In this document: positions 36,118 through 49,715 of the stretch, piece by piece | Numbering within the stretch: position 1 is the stretch's first letter | Layout of the letters: the number at the start of each line of letters is the position of its first letter | Source: Chlorokybus atmophyticus | Taxonomy: Eukaryota; Plantae; Mesostigma and Chlorokybus algae | Length of the DNA stretch: 64,000 nt | Assembly (NCBI GenBank): GCA_009103225.1 | Contig: RHPI01001965.1 | Location: 449,114 to 513,113, forward strand | Direction of reading: 5' to 3' | Program-made: the position numbers and the translations under genes | Notes under the pieces: model-generated | Database searches by the model: none | Seen by the model: only the letters and a program-made list of their open reading frames with translations | Told to the model about the DNA's origin: nothing

Positions 36118-37208
36118 GCTGTCGTGCCTGGGAGAGTCGAGGGTCACACTATCTCGCACAGGTGTAGGAAAGGATGTGCTCGCTGGACATGCTACTGCAC
36201 CGCGCTGTAGCCAGTTGGCAAAGGCAAAACACAACCCCGCTCCTATGGTGGCAAGCCCCACCGGAGCTTGTCCACTCATCAAGGCAGTGGTCATGTGATG
36301 GTCTCCACACTTGTGTACATGCTGTGCTGTAGGACACAGAGTCAACAAGCCACTACTATAGGTAGCGCTGTTCACACAGTTTGTTGCATGAGTCGAAATG
36401 GAATATTGTTAAGTAGTGAGGTGATTGAGCACACAACTTGTGGATGCTATGCTCTGACTTGTGCCCGCAAGCACACCGCAACCAAGCACACCAAGTCTGG
36501 AGCAATGACAAGCACAGCGCACACGAGCATGCACAGGCTCTTATACGGCGGAGGAATTCATGAAACCGAGACGGCGTGTTCACAGTTTAAGTCTTTTCAC
36601 AAGCTCTGGGGTCAGAGTTTCTCCCTCACAGTGTCACCAACTGATCCGGTGAACACCGTGACTACTTAACAATCCAAATGATGATTGTTCAGGCCATCAG
36701 CTAACGGTTATTTTGAGGCTACTCTTTAAGAATTCCCCAACTCGATGTGGAACGTGACTTATATCTGAACTCGTAGCTGAACAGCTATGCATGGTACCTA
36801 TGTTTGAGTCGGCTGGGGTCATGAGCTAGTCTAAAGTCATGATCTAACTTATGATCAGTTGCGCGCGCGGGTTTTCATGCCAACAGGCCCGACCTTGGCA
36901 GGGTCTGTATGTAGGCATGCCCGATGAAGGCTAGCATGCGGGGCCAAATGGCATGACTGCTGTCGTGCTGGGGAGAGTCGAGGGTCACGCTGTCTCGCAC
37001 AGCTATATGAAGGATGTGCTCACTGGATATGCCACCGCAGCGCGCTGTTGGCAGCCAGTTGGCAAAAGCAAAAGACAACCCCGGAGGAGCGGCTTCCATG
37101 GTGCCAAGCCCCACCGGAGCTTGTCCACCAATCACAGAAGTGGTCATGAGGAGTTGGTCTCCACACTAGTGTACATGCTGTGCTGTAGGACACACATTCA
37201 ACAAGCCA
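36118..37208. repeat. Diverged ~240-bp direct repeat pair (36118-36352 and 36959-37208), probably a TE relic
   Basis: Shared GGGAGAGTCGAGGGTCAC...GCCCCACCGGAGCTTGTCCAC...GTGTACATGCTGTGCTGTAGGACACA. Confidence 0.8.
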
Positions 37209-40200
37209 CCCCCTGACTTATGTGGACATGGCATGTCATACACTGTCAGTCGTACAATAGTGCCAGACAGCGCTGCTGATTAGGCTATTCCGTCTCTCGG
37301 TAGAACAATTAAACCACAGCAAGGGCTGGTCTCAAGTCCTTCCTTGGTAGAGCATGTATTCGAGGCGTAAGAGGACTAGTGATCAATGCACTTACGGGCT
37401 ATGTTGCTTCACACACTGTTATGTACTCTCCTTTGCTAAGCTGCTGAAAGCATCATATGCTTAAAGGTAGGCTATGCAAAGCACACCACAAGCACTTCAC
37501 ATGCTCATGAAGCAGAAGCCTTACACAACTTGACTTACCACTATGTGCAGATACTCAAAAGTTGTAACATGAGACACACACTTACCTGCCCGTGTATGTC
37601 ACATACTTGTGCACACGCACAAGAACTTCTTCACAACAGACCACGGTGCAGCACCTTGATCAAGGAATGATGGAGAGGATGCACAGCAAGCCCTCCACTC
37701 AGCTCACACACACCCACGCACACCCCACTCATGTGCAAGGGTGGCACGGACACTACACCCCAATTGGGATGAGAGGGAGAGCCCCTTAAACAACCGAACT
37801 AGGCACACCCACACACAGGAGTCAAGTATGCACATGCTCAGCTGCCTCAACACTTGTTGAGGCCGTTTATACACCCTCTCTTTGCTGCTCTCTGACCTAT
37901 AACAACCAAGTCCAAGGCTACTTGCCTTGTCATGGCTGCGTTGACCTCTACTCATGCCTCGGAGCTGCCACATCAGCCCTAGGACATCTTGTCAACGCCC
38001 AAGACTGATCACACATCAGCATCGGACATTGTGAACGCCCAAGACTGGTCACATCAGTTTAGGACCTCATACATATACATACATTTGCATACAACATAGA
38101 CATATGCATACACATGAATACATCACTCATATCCGCACATATCAAACCGCGGACATCTGCATGCATATGCAACCATATGAATATACATGCGGACATATGA
38201 CACCCACCAGCCCTGAGTTTGCTAGTTGACAGTGCCTTTGTGTAGCTGCAATGCCCTTGCACACAAAGTGCACAAGAAGAACGAACTTCATGAGCACATG
38301 TGCCAAATACTACACAACTTGACTACCCGGAATCCTCACTTAGTTCTTCTCACTTACCACATAAGTAACAAACATGAGAGTGACTTTTGCCAGCCCTTTA
38401 AGTGTGACAAAGTGAGACACCCTGTCTTACAAGCCTGACGTTACACGCCTCCGAAGGTTGCTTGAAAGCACTATCGAACTAGAATAGTGCGCTGTACAGT
38501 ATGTATGTTTGTAGCACGTAACAGTATGCAGTACAATTGAAAATATATACGGACATGATGTTGATCGCTGAAGAGACATGTTGTAAGGCTGACCACCTAG
38601 GGCTTTTCAACAACTTAGTTAGATAATGCAACCGAGCACCAGCATACATGTGCACACTACCAGTCATGCAATAGTGTATTAAACAAATCATTTATCGGTC
38701 TCTAAGTAGAACCGTCACTGCAGCGGATGGTGTTAAGTTCTATTGTATGAGGAAGGCTCCCAAAGACGCACCCGTGAGGAAGCCTGTCCTCCAGTTGTTC
38801 TTCGCTCCACAGAACACCACCTCAATGTGACGTTTACCACTCAGTGCCAGTTAATGCACTAATGCACACCGAAGCGCCGTCGCTTATGCAAGGGACCGCG
38901 AGGACGTAGAGTCCACTCGCAGCACACAACCAACACTGCCGTATGCAAGTGGCATGCACACTCATGCTTGAGAATGCAGTATGCCCCTAAAAGCATGCGG
39001 CCACACATGCACACATGTGCAAGGCTATTGTGCATGCTCATATGCCATGCACACCCTCAACATACAAGAGGCATACACATACACCAACAGTGTATAAGGC
39101 TACAGCATGCACATACATATGCATGCACACTTACAAGTGTGTAAGGCTATCGCATGCACATACACATGCATGCACACTTAGCAGTACACAAGGGCAGAAC
39201 CAGCTGGGCAGGGGTTGTCCACAACAGCAAGTAGTTAAGGAAGACCACCAACAACACCAGCTGTAGCAGGAAGAGGGAGGCCTACTCTTCAGTGCAGGCG
39301 TCAACCTCAACATAAACACGCCAAACCCTAGCTAGAACACTTAGAAACGCCCCACACAGGTGGGTAAGGAAAGCCCTTTGAACAGTTTAGCCAAGCACCC
39401 CAAACACACAGCAAGTAAGCACAAGGCTGAGTCCAACAAAACTCCCAACACCCTGCTGGCCTAGCTTGTTAATACTCCTCCCTGTTGCCTTCCCACTTGG
39501 CCACATGTGAGCTGAAAAGCCATCAACGCCTTTTCGCCCACACTGTGCTGACACATCAAATTCTCTTAGCCATACAGGTCTCCAAGAGGTATCAGCATAT
39601 GCCACTGGCATATGCCAACATGGTGCGACACATCACCTCAACCATGCTTAACAATTTCTACCACACACATTACACTGTGACACATGTCTCATCAACCCCA
39701 CATGTCTCATTAGCAACCAGCTGATGGCATGTACACTGACCAACTCTATGCAAGTTGCTTATCATTGCCTTGTACAGTTCATCTTGCCGCAGGCTTGTGA
39801 GCACAAGGACTGACTGTATGAGCGAACCACTTAGGTACCGCACACACCCAAGCAGTTAAACTCCCATATAATCATGCTGTCCATATAGCAGCCTAACAGC
39901 GAGCATGCCTTGCCTGTAAAACGTGACAAACCGCCTAACATAGAGCAGAGGGAAGCCTTGAAGGCCCCTTCAACAGCTATCGCCAAGCACCCCTGACACA
40001 GTAGTAAGCATAACGAGTCCCACTCGTAATTGTCTGGACACTGCCAGCAACCTCTTTATATACTTATAAGCAATGCCTTCCCACTTGGCCGCGTATTGGC
40101 CGAGTAGCACCGTACCGACTAAGTGCTGTAAGATCTACACGTGCTGACCTCAGTTATGTGCTCCGCCATCTCGGGCTGTAGCACAACCAGTCAAGTACAT

Positions 40201-41076
40201 CACGTGACTGATCAATATCTGCTCGTCTTTGAGCACTCGTATGCGGATGATACCAACCCGGGGTTGTCCAGACATGAGGCAACAGAGCATGTGAGTGCAT
40301 ACTGATTGGCCCTGTGCTGACTCCTCTTCATACTTGTTCAATCCCTTGCCTAGGCCCTTGGTATAAAAGGCTGGATACAAACCGGAATCCACTGTGCATT
40401 GTGCACACATCGGAAGCCGCAGTCTTCTGCAACCAATTGTCAAGCTATGCTATAGCAAGCAACACGTGAGAACGAGTAAAGCCTTGCCTCTTAAGCGTGA
40501 CACATATATACTATGCACACAACAAAGAATAAGTCATACATGTGTATATATTATGCACATGCTACGCCTAATGGGATCGTTGTAGCATACATACCTTATA
40601 TATCATACAAGACTACATCATTGTATTAAACACGGTACATGTAATTTATACATACACGTATATAAACGATTATATACACGTATATATATAATGCATCTGT
40701 AATATATTTGCTCATTACTACATTGAAAAAATGTGTGCGTATATCTACATATATTTGTGTATATATGTGTATGTGTGTGTGTATGAATATATATTTACAC
40801 GTGACAGCGCACAATGTGCATATCCACATCCATCAAGTATATGGTGGAGGCATATACTACTTTTGAAGATTCTGAGAATACTAGAAGGGCACACAAGTGC
40901 ATACATGGATCACAGATTGGCAGCGGAGCCAACCGACGCTCACGGGTGCGGCGCTCGCTGCGCCGACGACAGCAAAGCCGCGTTCTAGGCAATGTCTCAG
41001 GTGCTGCAATGCTTACAACGATACCACCCTTATCAAGAACATACAACTCGCCACGAGCAACGGAAGTGGCAATGCC

Positions 41077-43655
41077 ATGTGGGCGGCGGCGGCGGCGGCA
41101 GCGGCGCGCGCGCGGGTAAGGGCCTTGGCGAAGGGTGCTGTGTGTGGTCGGGTGGTGCCTAGACGGCATTGGGCTGTCTCAAGCTCACAGCCAGCAACAA
41201 GGTCATCACCGACACCGCCACCGCCTATCCTGCCGCACAGCAAGCCCGCCTTTGGGGTAGGCGCATGCTAGTTCACGCCTTCCATATTGGGGTGCATGCC
41301 TTGACCTTCTGTCTGCGAATCAACAACTGTTGCCATTGCTGTCCTGAGAGCTGCCTCAAAAACTAGTGCTTGCTCTGGTCCAGTGACAAGTCTGTCGTTG
41401 CAATGTTGAGACTGTTTGCTCATAGTCAATAGTCAATCGCTGAGGTTTGGAATAAGCTGATACGTGTGAGTGCGTGTGCAGCGTCTTGAGGCAGCGGGTG
41501 CGTTGGCTGTCTTGCTATCCGTTGCGTATGCTGCCACTCCCGGGACTAAGACGCACAGGTCAGTCTTTGCAATGCATTGCTTGCAGGTCTGTGTTTCTAC
41601 TTTGTCCATGTAATTGTAGTGTCTACTTCATGCTTTGTACTTTTGATCTTGCTTTCCAAGTGTAGACCAAGTGTGCATGGACTTGCTTTGTATCAATTTG
41701 ATTTAGTTGGCTATTGCTTTTTGTGATCAACCAGGTCGTTCATTTGGGTTGTGCGTGATGGTAGTCATTACTTTGTTCTGTACTCGTTGGTTACTTCTGT
41801 GCTCACTCACTTTGCCCTTACCAACTTCATCATCCATACTGCGTCGCCGCAGTGTTGTGTCGTTCTTCCTCTCGGACGCGCTGACCCCTCTCTTCCGTCT
41901 TCTTGACCCTGAGACCGCCCACAACGCGGCCATCTGGCTGGCCGGACGCCGCCTGACGCCCCGCGAGCACCGACCTGACCCGCCCTCCCTGACCACGCGC
42001 GTGTGGGGAAGGGAGTTCAGCAACCCCATCGGCCTGGCCGCGGGCTTCGACAAGGTTAGAGCACTTCGGTTACGTGCATGTTAGCATGCACGTGCGTGTG
42101 TGCGTGTGCTTGTCGGCGTGGGCGTGGGAACCACGGTGTGCGTGTGCACACATGCGGATGTACATACACGTGTGCGGGTGTGCCCGCACCTGTGCGTGCG
42201 CGTGCATGTGTGTATGCATGCATCGCGTGTGCCCTGCTGAAGTGAATGTACTATGCAGAGTGCTGAGGCAATTGACGGCTTGCTGGGGGCCGGCTTTGGG
42301 TTCGTTGAGATCGGGTCCGTGACCCCGCAGCCGCAGCCCGGCAACCCCAAGCCCCGCGTTTTCCGCATACCCGATGAGCGGTACGCCAACATTCCAACAT
42401 GACCAACTTTGACTGCAAGTTTGTTATTGCTATGTGCCACACAATACAACATTCACCTCTTTGTGCAGGGCCGTGATCAATCGCTATGGGTTCAACAGCG
42501 ATGGGGTCGACACGGTAGCGAACAGGTTGCAGCAGTACAGAGGCAATGCGGTTGTCAAAAATAAGCCGACAATAGGCTTGCTCGGTGTTAACCTAGGCAA
42601 GAACAAGGCCACGGAGGATGCCGCGGCCGACTATGAACTGGGCGTGATGGCGCTTAGCAGGTTTGCGGACTACCTGGTGAGGACTGGTGCGTGTGAGTGT
42701 GCGCGTGCACGTGCGCATGTGATGGTGTGGGTGTGGGTGCACGTATGCGTGTGCTTGTGGGTGTATGAACTTACCTTGTGATGCCCATACTCAACGTGTA
42801 TTTAGTGGTTGTGCACTCTTTGTGCAGGTTGTGAATGTGTCGAGCCCGAACACTCCTGGTTTGAGGGCGCTGCAGGGAAGAGAGCAGCTGGAAAGCCTTG
42901 TTGAGCGAGTCAAGGTGAGAGTTTATCGGGATGGTGGGCAATGAGCGCGGGTGTGATATATGTGTGTTTTGTTGTTGTGTAGATTGCACGCGATGCCGCC
43001 TGTAAAGGCCAGCAAAAGCCGCCTTTGCTGGTGAAGATTGCACCCGACCTCACGCACGAGGACCTGCGCGACGTGGTGGCTGTAGCTTTGAGCCAAGGCA
43101 TTGATGGCTTGGTAAGGAGGACCAATATGCAATTCAAGCCTCATGTGCTGCACCATTGCATGATATGTGGAGAACATGTGCATGTGGTTGATGTTATGTG
43201 CGTCTGTGTGCGTGCGCGCACAGATTGTATCCAACACGACCATCGCACGGCCTAGTGAAATCCAGAAACACGCGCACGGCAATGAAGTGGGTGGGTTGAG
43301 CGGCACGCCGCTGCTCCAGCCCTCCACAGACGTGTTGAAAGAAGTGTACAGCTTGTCCAACGTGAGTGGCATTGTCCAACGTGAGTGGCATCAACATTGC
43401 TATGAATTCATATTTACACACATTGACACCTCTGCGCAGGGCAAGATTCCTCTCATTGGCTGCGGCGGCGTGTCCACCGGCCGCGACGCGTACGCGAAGA
43501 TCCGCGCGGGAGCCTCCCTCGTCCAGCTGTACACAGCCCTCGCGTACGAGGGGCTCGGCCTCGTCCCGCGCATCAAGCGCGAGCTAGCTGAGTGCCTTGC
43601 CGCTGACGGGTACGACAGCGTCGCGGAAGCTGTGGGAGCCGACTGCAGAAGGTGA
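41077..43655 (+). CDS. PYRD: Dihydroorotate dehydrogenase (quinone), class 2, mitochondrial; multi-exon
   Basis: Transit-peptide-like first exon; [81 protein letters not shown]. Confidence 0.96.
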
Positions 43656-44087
43656 TGTTGAAGTTGAAGTTGAGGTGGATGTTGATTTGATATTCACTTG
43701 GTTGTAGCTGTTGGCCCTTGTTCAAAATGCAAAGGGAGTCATGTATGCTGGCGAGAGGTGTATCGAGTGACAAAGTGCACTACTATGTTTTGTTCCTTGA
43801 TCACTCCCTCACACGCGCACTCAAATACACTGTGCGCGCGTGTGTGCACACGCAGATTACAAATTGACTGCATGCGCACACACACGCACGCATGCACAGC
43901 TAGTGTACATCTCAAAAATGGATTATATATGATGCATCTTATATCTTATGCATTGCACCCCAAGCTCTGCTGCCAACAGCAACCACAGCTGCACATACAT
44001 ATCAATCACAACTTCACCTAGTATACAACATCCAAAAAGCATATATAGAGTGGCGGCTGTGCCGCGCTTTGCTCTACTGGGCTTGTT

Positions 44088-47000
44088 TTACTTCCTCGAG
44101 TCGGGCATGGCAAACTTCATGGCAAAGCGCGTGTTGGCGTTGGCCTTGATGAATGTCTCGAGGTACTCCAGCGTCACGTTCGTGGACTTGCCGTCCGGGT
44201 AGTCCATCTTGATCACCTCTCCTCCAGCCTAAGCATGCAAAACGATAAGGTAACTGTTATCATCATATAGTACTAGTTGGAGGTGTGCGTTCGTGTGTGT
44301 GCGTACTTTTCTTGTTCACATGATCAATTATTACCAAAACAGCACGGCACCTTCTTGAGGAAGATTGAGGGGATCGTCTTGAACTCAAAAGGAGCGGCGG
44401 GCTTTGAGTTCGTGGTGATGTCCATCTGTGCCACCGTCACCGAGGGGATAGCCTGCGGATGACAACACCGCCAAAGCATGTCAGGTGTGTAGCACACTCG
44501 CTTCAGGAATCTCGGGCACAATGTTGCATAAATACAAGTCACGAGTGTTTAACCACACAATGTTGCACGCCGCTGTTACCTGATAGCGCTTGCCGAGCTC
44601 GGCGTACTTGGGCTCGAGTTGGTTGCAGTACTTGCACCAGGGAGCGTAGAATTTGATGATTACGTCCTTAGTCTGTCTCGAACAAGTGAGTTGATGAGTG
44701 AATGATTGCTCAGTGGCAATGATGCACATGCACCAACATGTGCACGCACGCAATCACAAAGTCACACACACATGCGCCAGCAAGCACGCACGCACGCGCA
44801 TGTGCGCGGGCAAACATGCAAGCACACGTGCACACGCAGAGACGCACGTGCACGCCCACACACACAGGTGGGAGAGACTCAGAGACCACACTCACGTCGT
44901 CGTTCATGATTTCGTCCCAATTGGCCGGCGTGCGGTTGCCCACGGGCATCACGTCCAAGCGCTGCTTCGGGATGCGGCCCGCCACGTACAGCGCGCCCCT
45001 GATCTTGGCGGCGAGCTCCGGCGTTGTGGACCCTGCATGACAGCAGTTGTTGTTATTGATCTGTTGTCACAACGGATGCTTGACCTACTGAAAGGGAGAG
45101 TGTTTCGTGCCTGGTGCCATGCGCCACGTCCAGTTGCCTTTGCTCTTGCCAGGCACATTCATCCTTCCAGACTCGTCCAAACCAAGGTAGTCCTGTTGTT
45201 GAAACAATCTATTAGTTCATAGGTCATTTAGTAAAACACAACGATGCTTGCTCAATTGATCAATCTGTGTATAAGATAATTGCGATGATCACTCAAGCAA
45301 GCAATCAATCTGTCCTTCATCAGTCAATCATGCGTATCAAAAAGAACGCGCACGCGCACGCGCACATGCTGGAGCAATTCCTGTGCTCGAGTGTGTCCAC
45401 CCACCTGCATGGCGACGACGCACACATTTCCAACGCTCGCGAACCCCTGCCTCACGAGGTCCCACGCGACGTCCTCTCCGTCGTTCTTTCCGATATACAT
45501 CTGCGCGAACCTCTGCTCGTCCTTGGAGGCGGACTGCCACCAGCCGACGGTCGTGTTGTTGTCGTGCGTGCCGGGGTACACGAAGCAGTTGTTGTAGTGG
45601 TTGTGGGGGAGGTGGACGTTGTTGCCGTCGCCGCCGAAAGCGAACTGGAGGACGGCCATGCCGGGAGCGCCGACGCCCTCGCGCAAGGATACCACGTCCG
45701 TCGTGATCACCTACATGACAATGTGTCGGCAACTCAACCTAATCCAACATATTATTATATGCCAACATCATTACCCCAATATGACCCTACATATCCTTTA
45801 TGACCCGATGTAACGAAATAAGTGATGTTGTCACTTACCCCCAAGTCCTCAGCTATGATGGGCACGCGCTTGCCCAATGCTTTGCGGCACGCGTCGAAGA
45901 GCGCCGGCCCAGGACCCTGTGTTGGTTGTGTTGGTTAGTTGGGTTTGAATGTTGTTGCATGCAGTGTTGTTGAGTTGAGTGTGTGTGCAAGGAGTTTTCT
46001 TGCTTGCTTACCTTAAGCCACTCGCCGGACTTGGCGCTCGCGGCGCCTGCGGGGATGGCGTAGTAGCCCGCAAAGGCGCGGAAGTGGTCGATGCGGCAAA
46101 TGTCGGTCAACTGTACATGTGGCATTGTCACAATGGTTGGTAAAATAAACTGTGATGAAAGGTGTGCTGGATCACACACATACACACAAGAACAAACACG
46201 AGAACAAACACATGTGCCAGGGTGTATTCGCACACGTGTGCGCGTGTGTAGACATGCACGCAGAGGTACACAGATACACACGTGTGCGCACAAGCGCGCA
46301 GACACACACAGACACCCGCCCGCCCGCCCGCCCGCCCGCACACACACGCATGCACACAGCTGACTTGCCTGGAAGTTGCGTTCCATGCGCTCGATCCACC
46401 ACTTGTAGCCATCTTTGGCGTGTTGCGCCCAGTTGTACAGCGGGCTTCCCCACAGCTGCCCGTCATCACTGCCAACACGCGCACAAGTCGGTCAACCACC
46501 ACGCGGCACGCACAACATGAGCCCCAATTCCCACACTGTGAGCACCTAAAAGCGTCCGGGGGCACGCCACTGACTTGCGTGGGGCGCTTGGTGACGGGAT
46601 CCACCATGAACATGGAGGGAGAGACCCAGACTGAAGTGCTGTGTCCCGCCACATAAATTGGCTGGAAAGAAAGGAACCAGTTGCAAATCTCTCATTCCTT
46701 CACTCTTTCACTGCCTCAATGAAGGGAGCACACACACACACACACACACGCGCACACTCATGTGCACACGTGCACGCACACGCAGGTAGACAGTTGCACG
46801 CACGGACACGCACACACGCACACACGCCGGCTCACATGTCCGCACACGCACGACAACGAACAAGGAGAGTGCACACGCGCACGCACACGCACACGCGCAT
46901 GTATACCCCCGCACAAGCCCCCCNNNNNNNNNNTCTCACCATATCCCCAATGATCTGTATCCCCCTCGCATTCGCCTTCTTCCTCAGCGCCTGCCACTGC

Positions 47001-48869
47001 CTCTCAAAGAGAAACTGCACCGCCATGACATCCTCCACCTCGTTCTTCCACTTCTCCCCAAACTCCCTCAGCGCCCTCTCGTCCCTGTCCCTGTACTCCT
47101 CGGGCCACTCCCAGAAGTTGACTCCGCCGTGAACCTCGTCCAGGACTCTGAACAACGCGGCGTTCTGAAGCCAGGGAGTCTGGGCGCGGTACTCGAGGAA
47201 CTCCTGGAGCAGCTCGGTGGAACAGGCGGAGGAGAAGGCGAGGCCGGAGAGGAGGCGGCGGGCGGCTTTCTTCAGGAGCGGGTCCTTGAAGGCGAAGTAC
47301 TGTGGGGGGGAGAGGGAGAGATAGAGTTAGTAGCAGGAGGGCAGGGGGAGGGGAGGGGAGGGGAGGGGAGGGGCGTGTTGGAGGGAGTGAGGGACAGGGA
47401 GGACTTGTGGGGCATCGGTGCATGCACGGGCGCGCGGGCAACTGTGTGTGCGTGTATATGCGCGCGCCTGTGCGGGCATATGTGTGTCTGCGTGCGTGCG
47501 TGCGTGCATACACATGCTTGTCGAGCGTCTAAGGGTGCACGCGTTTGCACGCACCAATGCATGCATGTATCCCCACACCCATGCACCTCCCACCCACACA
47601 CGCATGCACACATCCACACAAAACTACCACATCTCCCCCCCCTCCCCCTCACCTTCTTCCAATCCCCTCCAAAATCCTCTCCTGCCCCCGTCCCCTCCCC
47701 TTCCTCCAGAAGTCCCAGTCTCCTCAGCTCCCCCAAGTCAATCATCCACGGGCTCCCGCTGAACGCCTCGCTGCTGCTGTACGGACTCCCGTCCGCGTCG
47801 GGCGGGACCAGCGGGAGGACCTGCCAGACGGACAGACCGGAGTCCGCCAACCAGTCGATGAAGGAGTGAGCTGCGGGGCCGAGGGTTCCCAGGGATTCGG
47901 GGCCGGGGAGACAGGTGGGGTGGAGGAGGACGCCTGGGTGGGGGGGAGTATGTTTGGGTTTTGGGGGGTACATGGACACATGTATGGTGGGTTGGGTGTG
48001 GACTTGTGTGTGTTGCGAGTTAGGAGTGGGGTGATGCGTGTGTGGGTGTGGGTGTTGAGGAAGGCGGAGTGTGTGAGTTGTGCAACACGGAAGGCTTGCG
48101 TGGGCTCTTTGGCCTGTCCATGTCGTGTCATGCGTAGAAGGGGATCAGAGTGTTCGTGTGTCTGTACGAGCGTTATGACTCGCTACGTGTGTACCTCCGC
48201 GGCGGGGCTGTGCGGACGCGTCGCGCGTAAAGGTGCCGGGGTAGGGCAGGGACTCGACCGAGTCGCCAAAGGGATATGGGTGGTCGGGATCCTGCGTTGA
48301 TAGCCAACATTCACCACGCACAACAACAAAATGTTGTTAAGACTATAATGTTCCACTCGGTGTTGTGCCCTGTCTCTGTTTCACACCGGAGTGCACACAT
48401 GCTTTCAACCATTCGACCCGCCTATTGTCTTGCGATGCATGCTTTGTGACCAGGAATCAGCCACACTAGAGCAAATACTACTACTTGACTACCAACTAAC
48501 GACTACTTGACTTCACACACACTGGTAAAAGCAAAGCCACATGACAGAATCATGTGTACCTGTTGTGTCGACTGACTACCAGCATGCATTCACACTCACT
48601 TGTTCGCCAGGCTTGAGGGTGGCGGTGACAGTGATGACGTTAGCCTGACGCCGCAAGGGGGTGGCGTTGGCGGCCAGGGGAGCGCCTCGGAGGTCGCCGG
48701 AGAGGCCGCTAGCACGGGCGGCGGTAGCAGCGACAGCGGCTGCCCTGTGGCAGCTGCTGCGGTTGAGGACATGTCTGCTGGCGGAGGTGGCTATTGCTAC
48801 ATGCGACGGCGGCAGCACCGTCGTTGCCGCCATCGCCGCCATGGCCGCGACTACCGCTATGGCGGCCAA
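44088..48869 (-). CDS. DPE1: Plastid 4-alpha-glucanotransferase (D-enzyme, GH77) with a fused C-terminal thioredoxin/PDI-like domain
   Basis: Transit peptide; RRGGVLLHPT, WQVLPL, RIDHFRAF, IAEDLG, GTHDN, GNWTWR; the reading frame continues through a GC-AG intron into ...NWDEIMNDD|TKDVIIKFYAPWCKYC..., stop at 44088. Confidence 0.9.
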
Positions 48870-49715
48870 GGGGTTTTACGCTCGCGCCCCTTTGGCTGCC
48901 AAGGACGACGACAACAGCACAAAGCCCCTCGCCTCCACCAGCGTAGCCCTCAACAAAGACGCCAACAACCTGCTTCACGTGGTGCCCGGCAATCCGCAGG
49001 ACCTGTATTCCTTCTTTGCCGTCTTGATCGGCCTAAAACATAATACCAGCCCTACCCAGGTGACCGAATAATGGCGGTCTTTTTGTCTGGATGGAGACGT
49101 CGCTATCGGTCAGTCGCGAAGGCGAAAGGCGACGTCTTCTCCTAGATCGTGATATCTTGATCAGCCGGATATCTCAATCTATTTCAAGTGATATCGAACT
49201 ATCACGTGACTTTCCTCACGCCCCTGCTGTGTCGGACAGAAATAAGCGGCGCGCGCCCAAGAATCCTGCGACGGACGCCGCCGCCACCATCAACAACAAC
49301 GGCGACGACGACGACGACGACGACGACGTCAATGATTACAACGAAGGCAATCTTAACAACGTCGACGACGGCAAAGACACGACGGCAACCTTGACGTTGG
49401 AGGCGACGTGGCCTGGGTGCTGGAGCGTGTGTGCGCATCAGTCCAGCAGGAGGGCTCTAACCCTGTGCAGTGTGTTGGTGTGAAAGACGCGATACACAGA
49501 GTCAAGCAAACAGATGCACGCAGAAGTGTTGTCTGGATCACTGCATTAATGGGCATACGTCTGGCCTGAACAACCCTAACTCTTGGACCTTAGCTGACCT
49601 TGCCGACAAGATTAAATCAGATGAGTTGCAGCAGTAGTGGATGTAAGAGGCATAGGTTGAGTACTATCCTGTTAGTATCCAACAAGTAGGTTATGTTGTT
49701 ACCATCGCCGATGTC

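Noticed and set aside
33000-40700. Numerous 60-220-aa ORFs and possible LINE relics (for example repeats 39370-39505 / 39960-40092)
   Set aside because: Low-complexity CA/GT-rich sequence with no diagnostic RT or endonuclease motif that I could support
44088-45035. Independent PDI gene downstream of DPE1
   Set aside because: No start codon, signal peptide or promoter space; the first exon encodes the GH77 C-terminal helix, so a fusion is the better model
48661-49483. Plus-strand ORFs 48661-49071 and 49091-49483 as genes
   Set aside because: The first overlaps the GC-rich DPE1 first exon antisense, and neither has a recognisable domain; likely shadow ORFs or UTR
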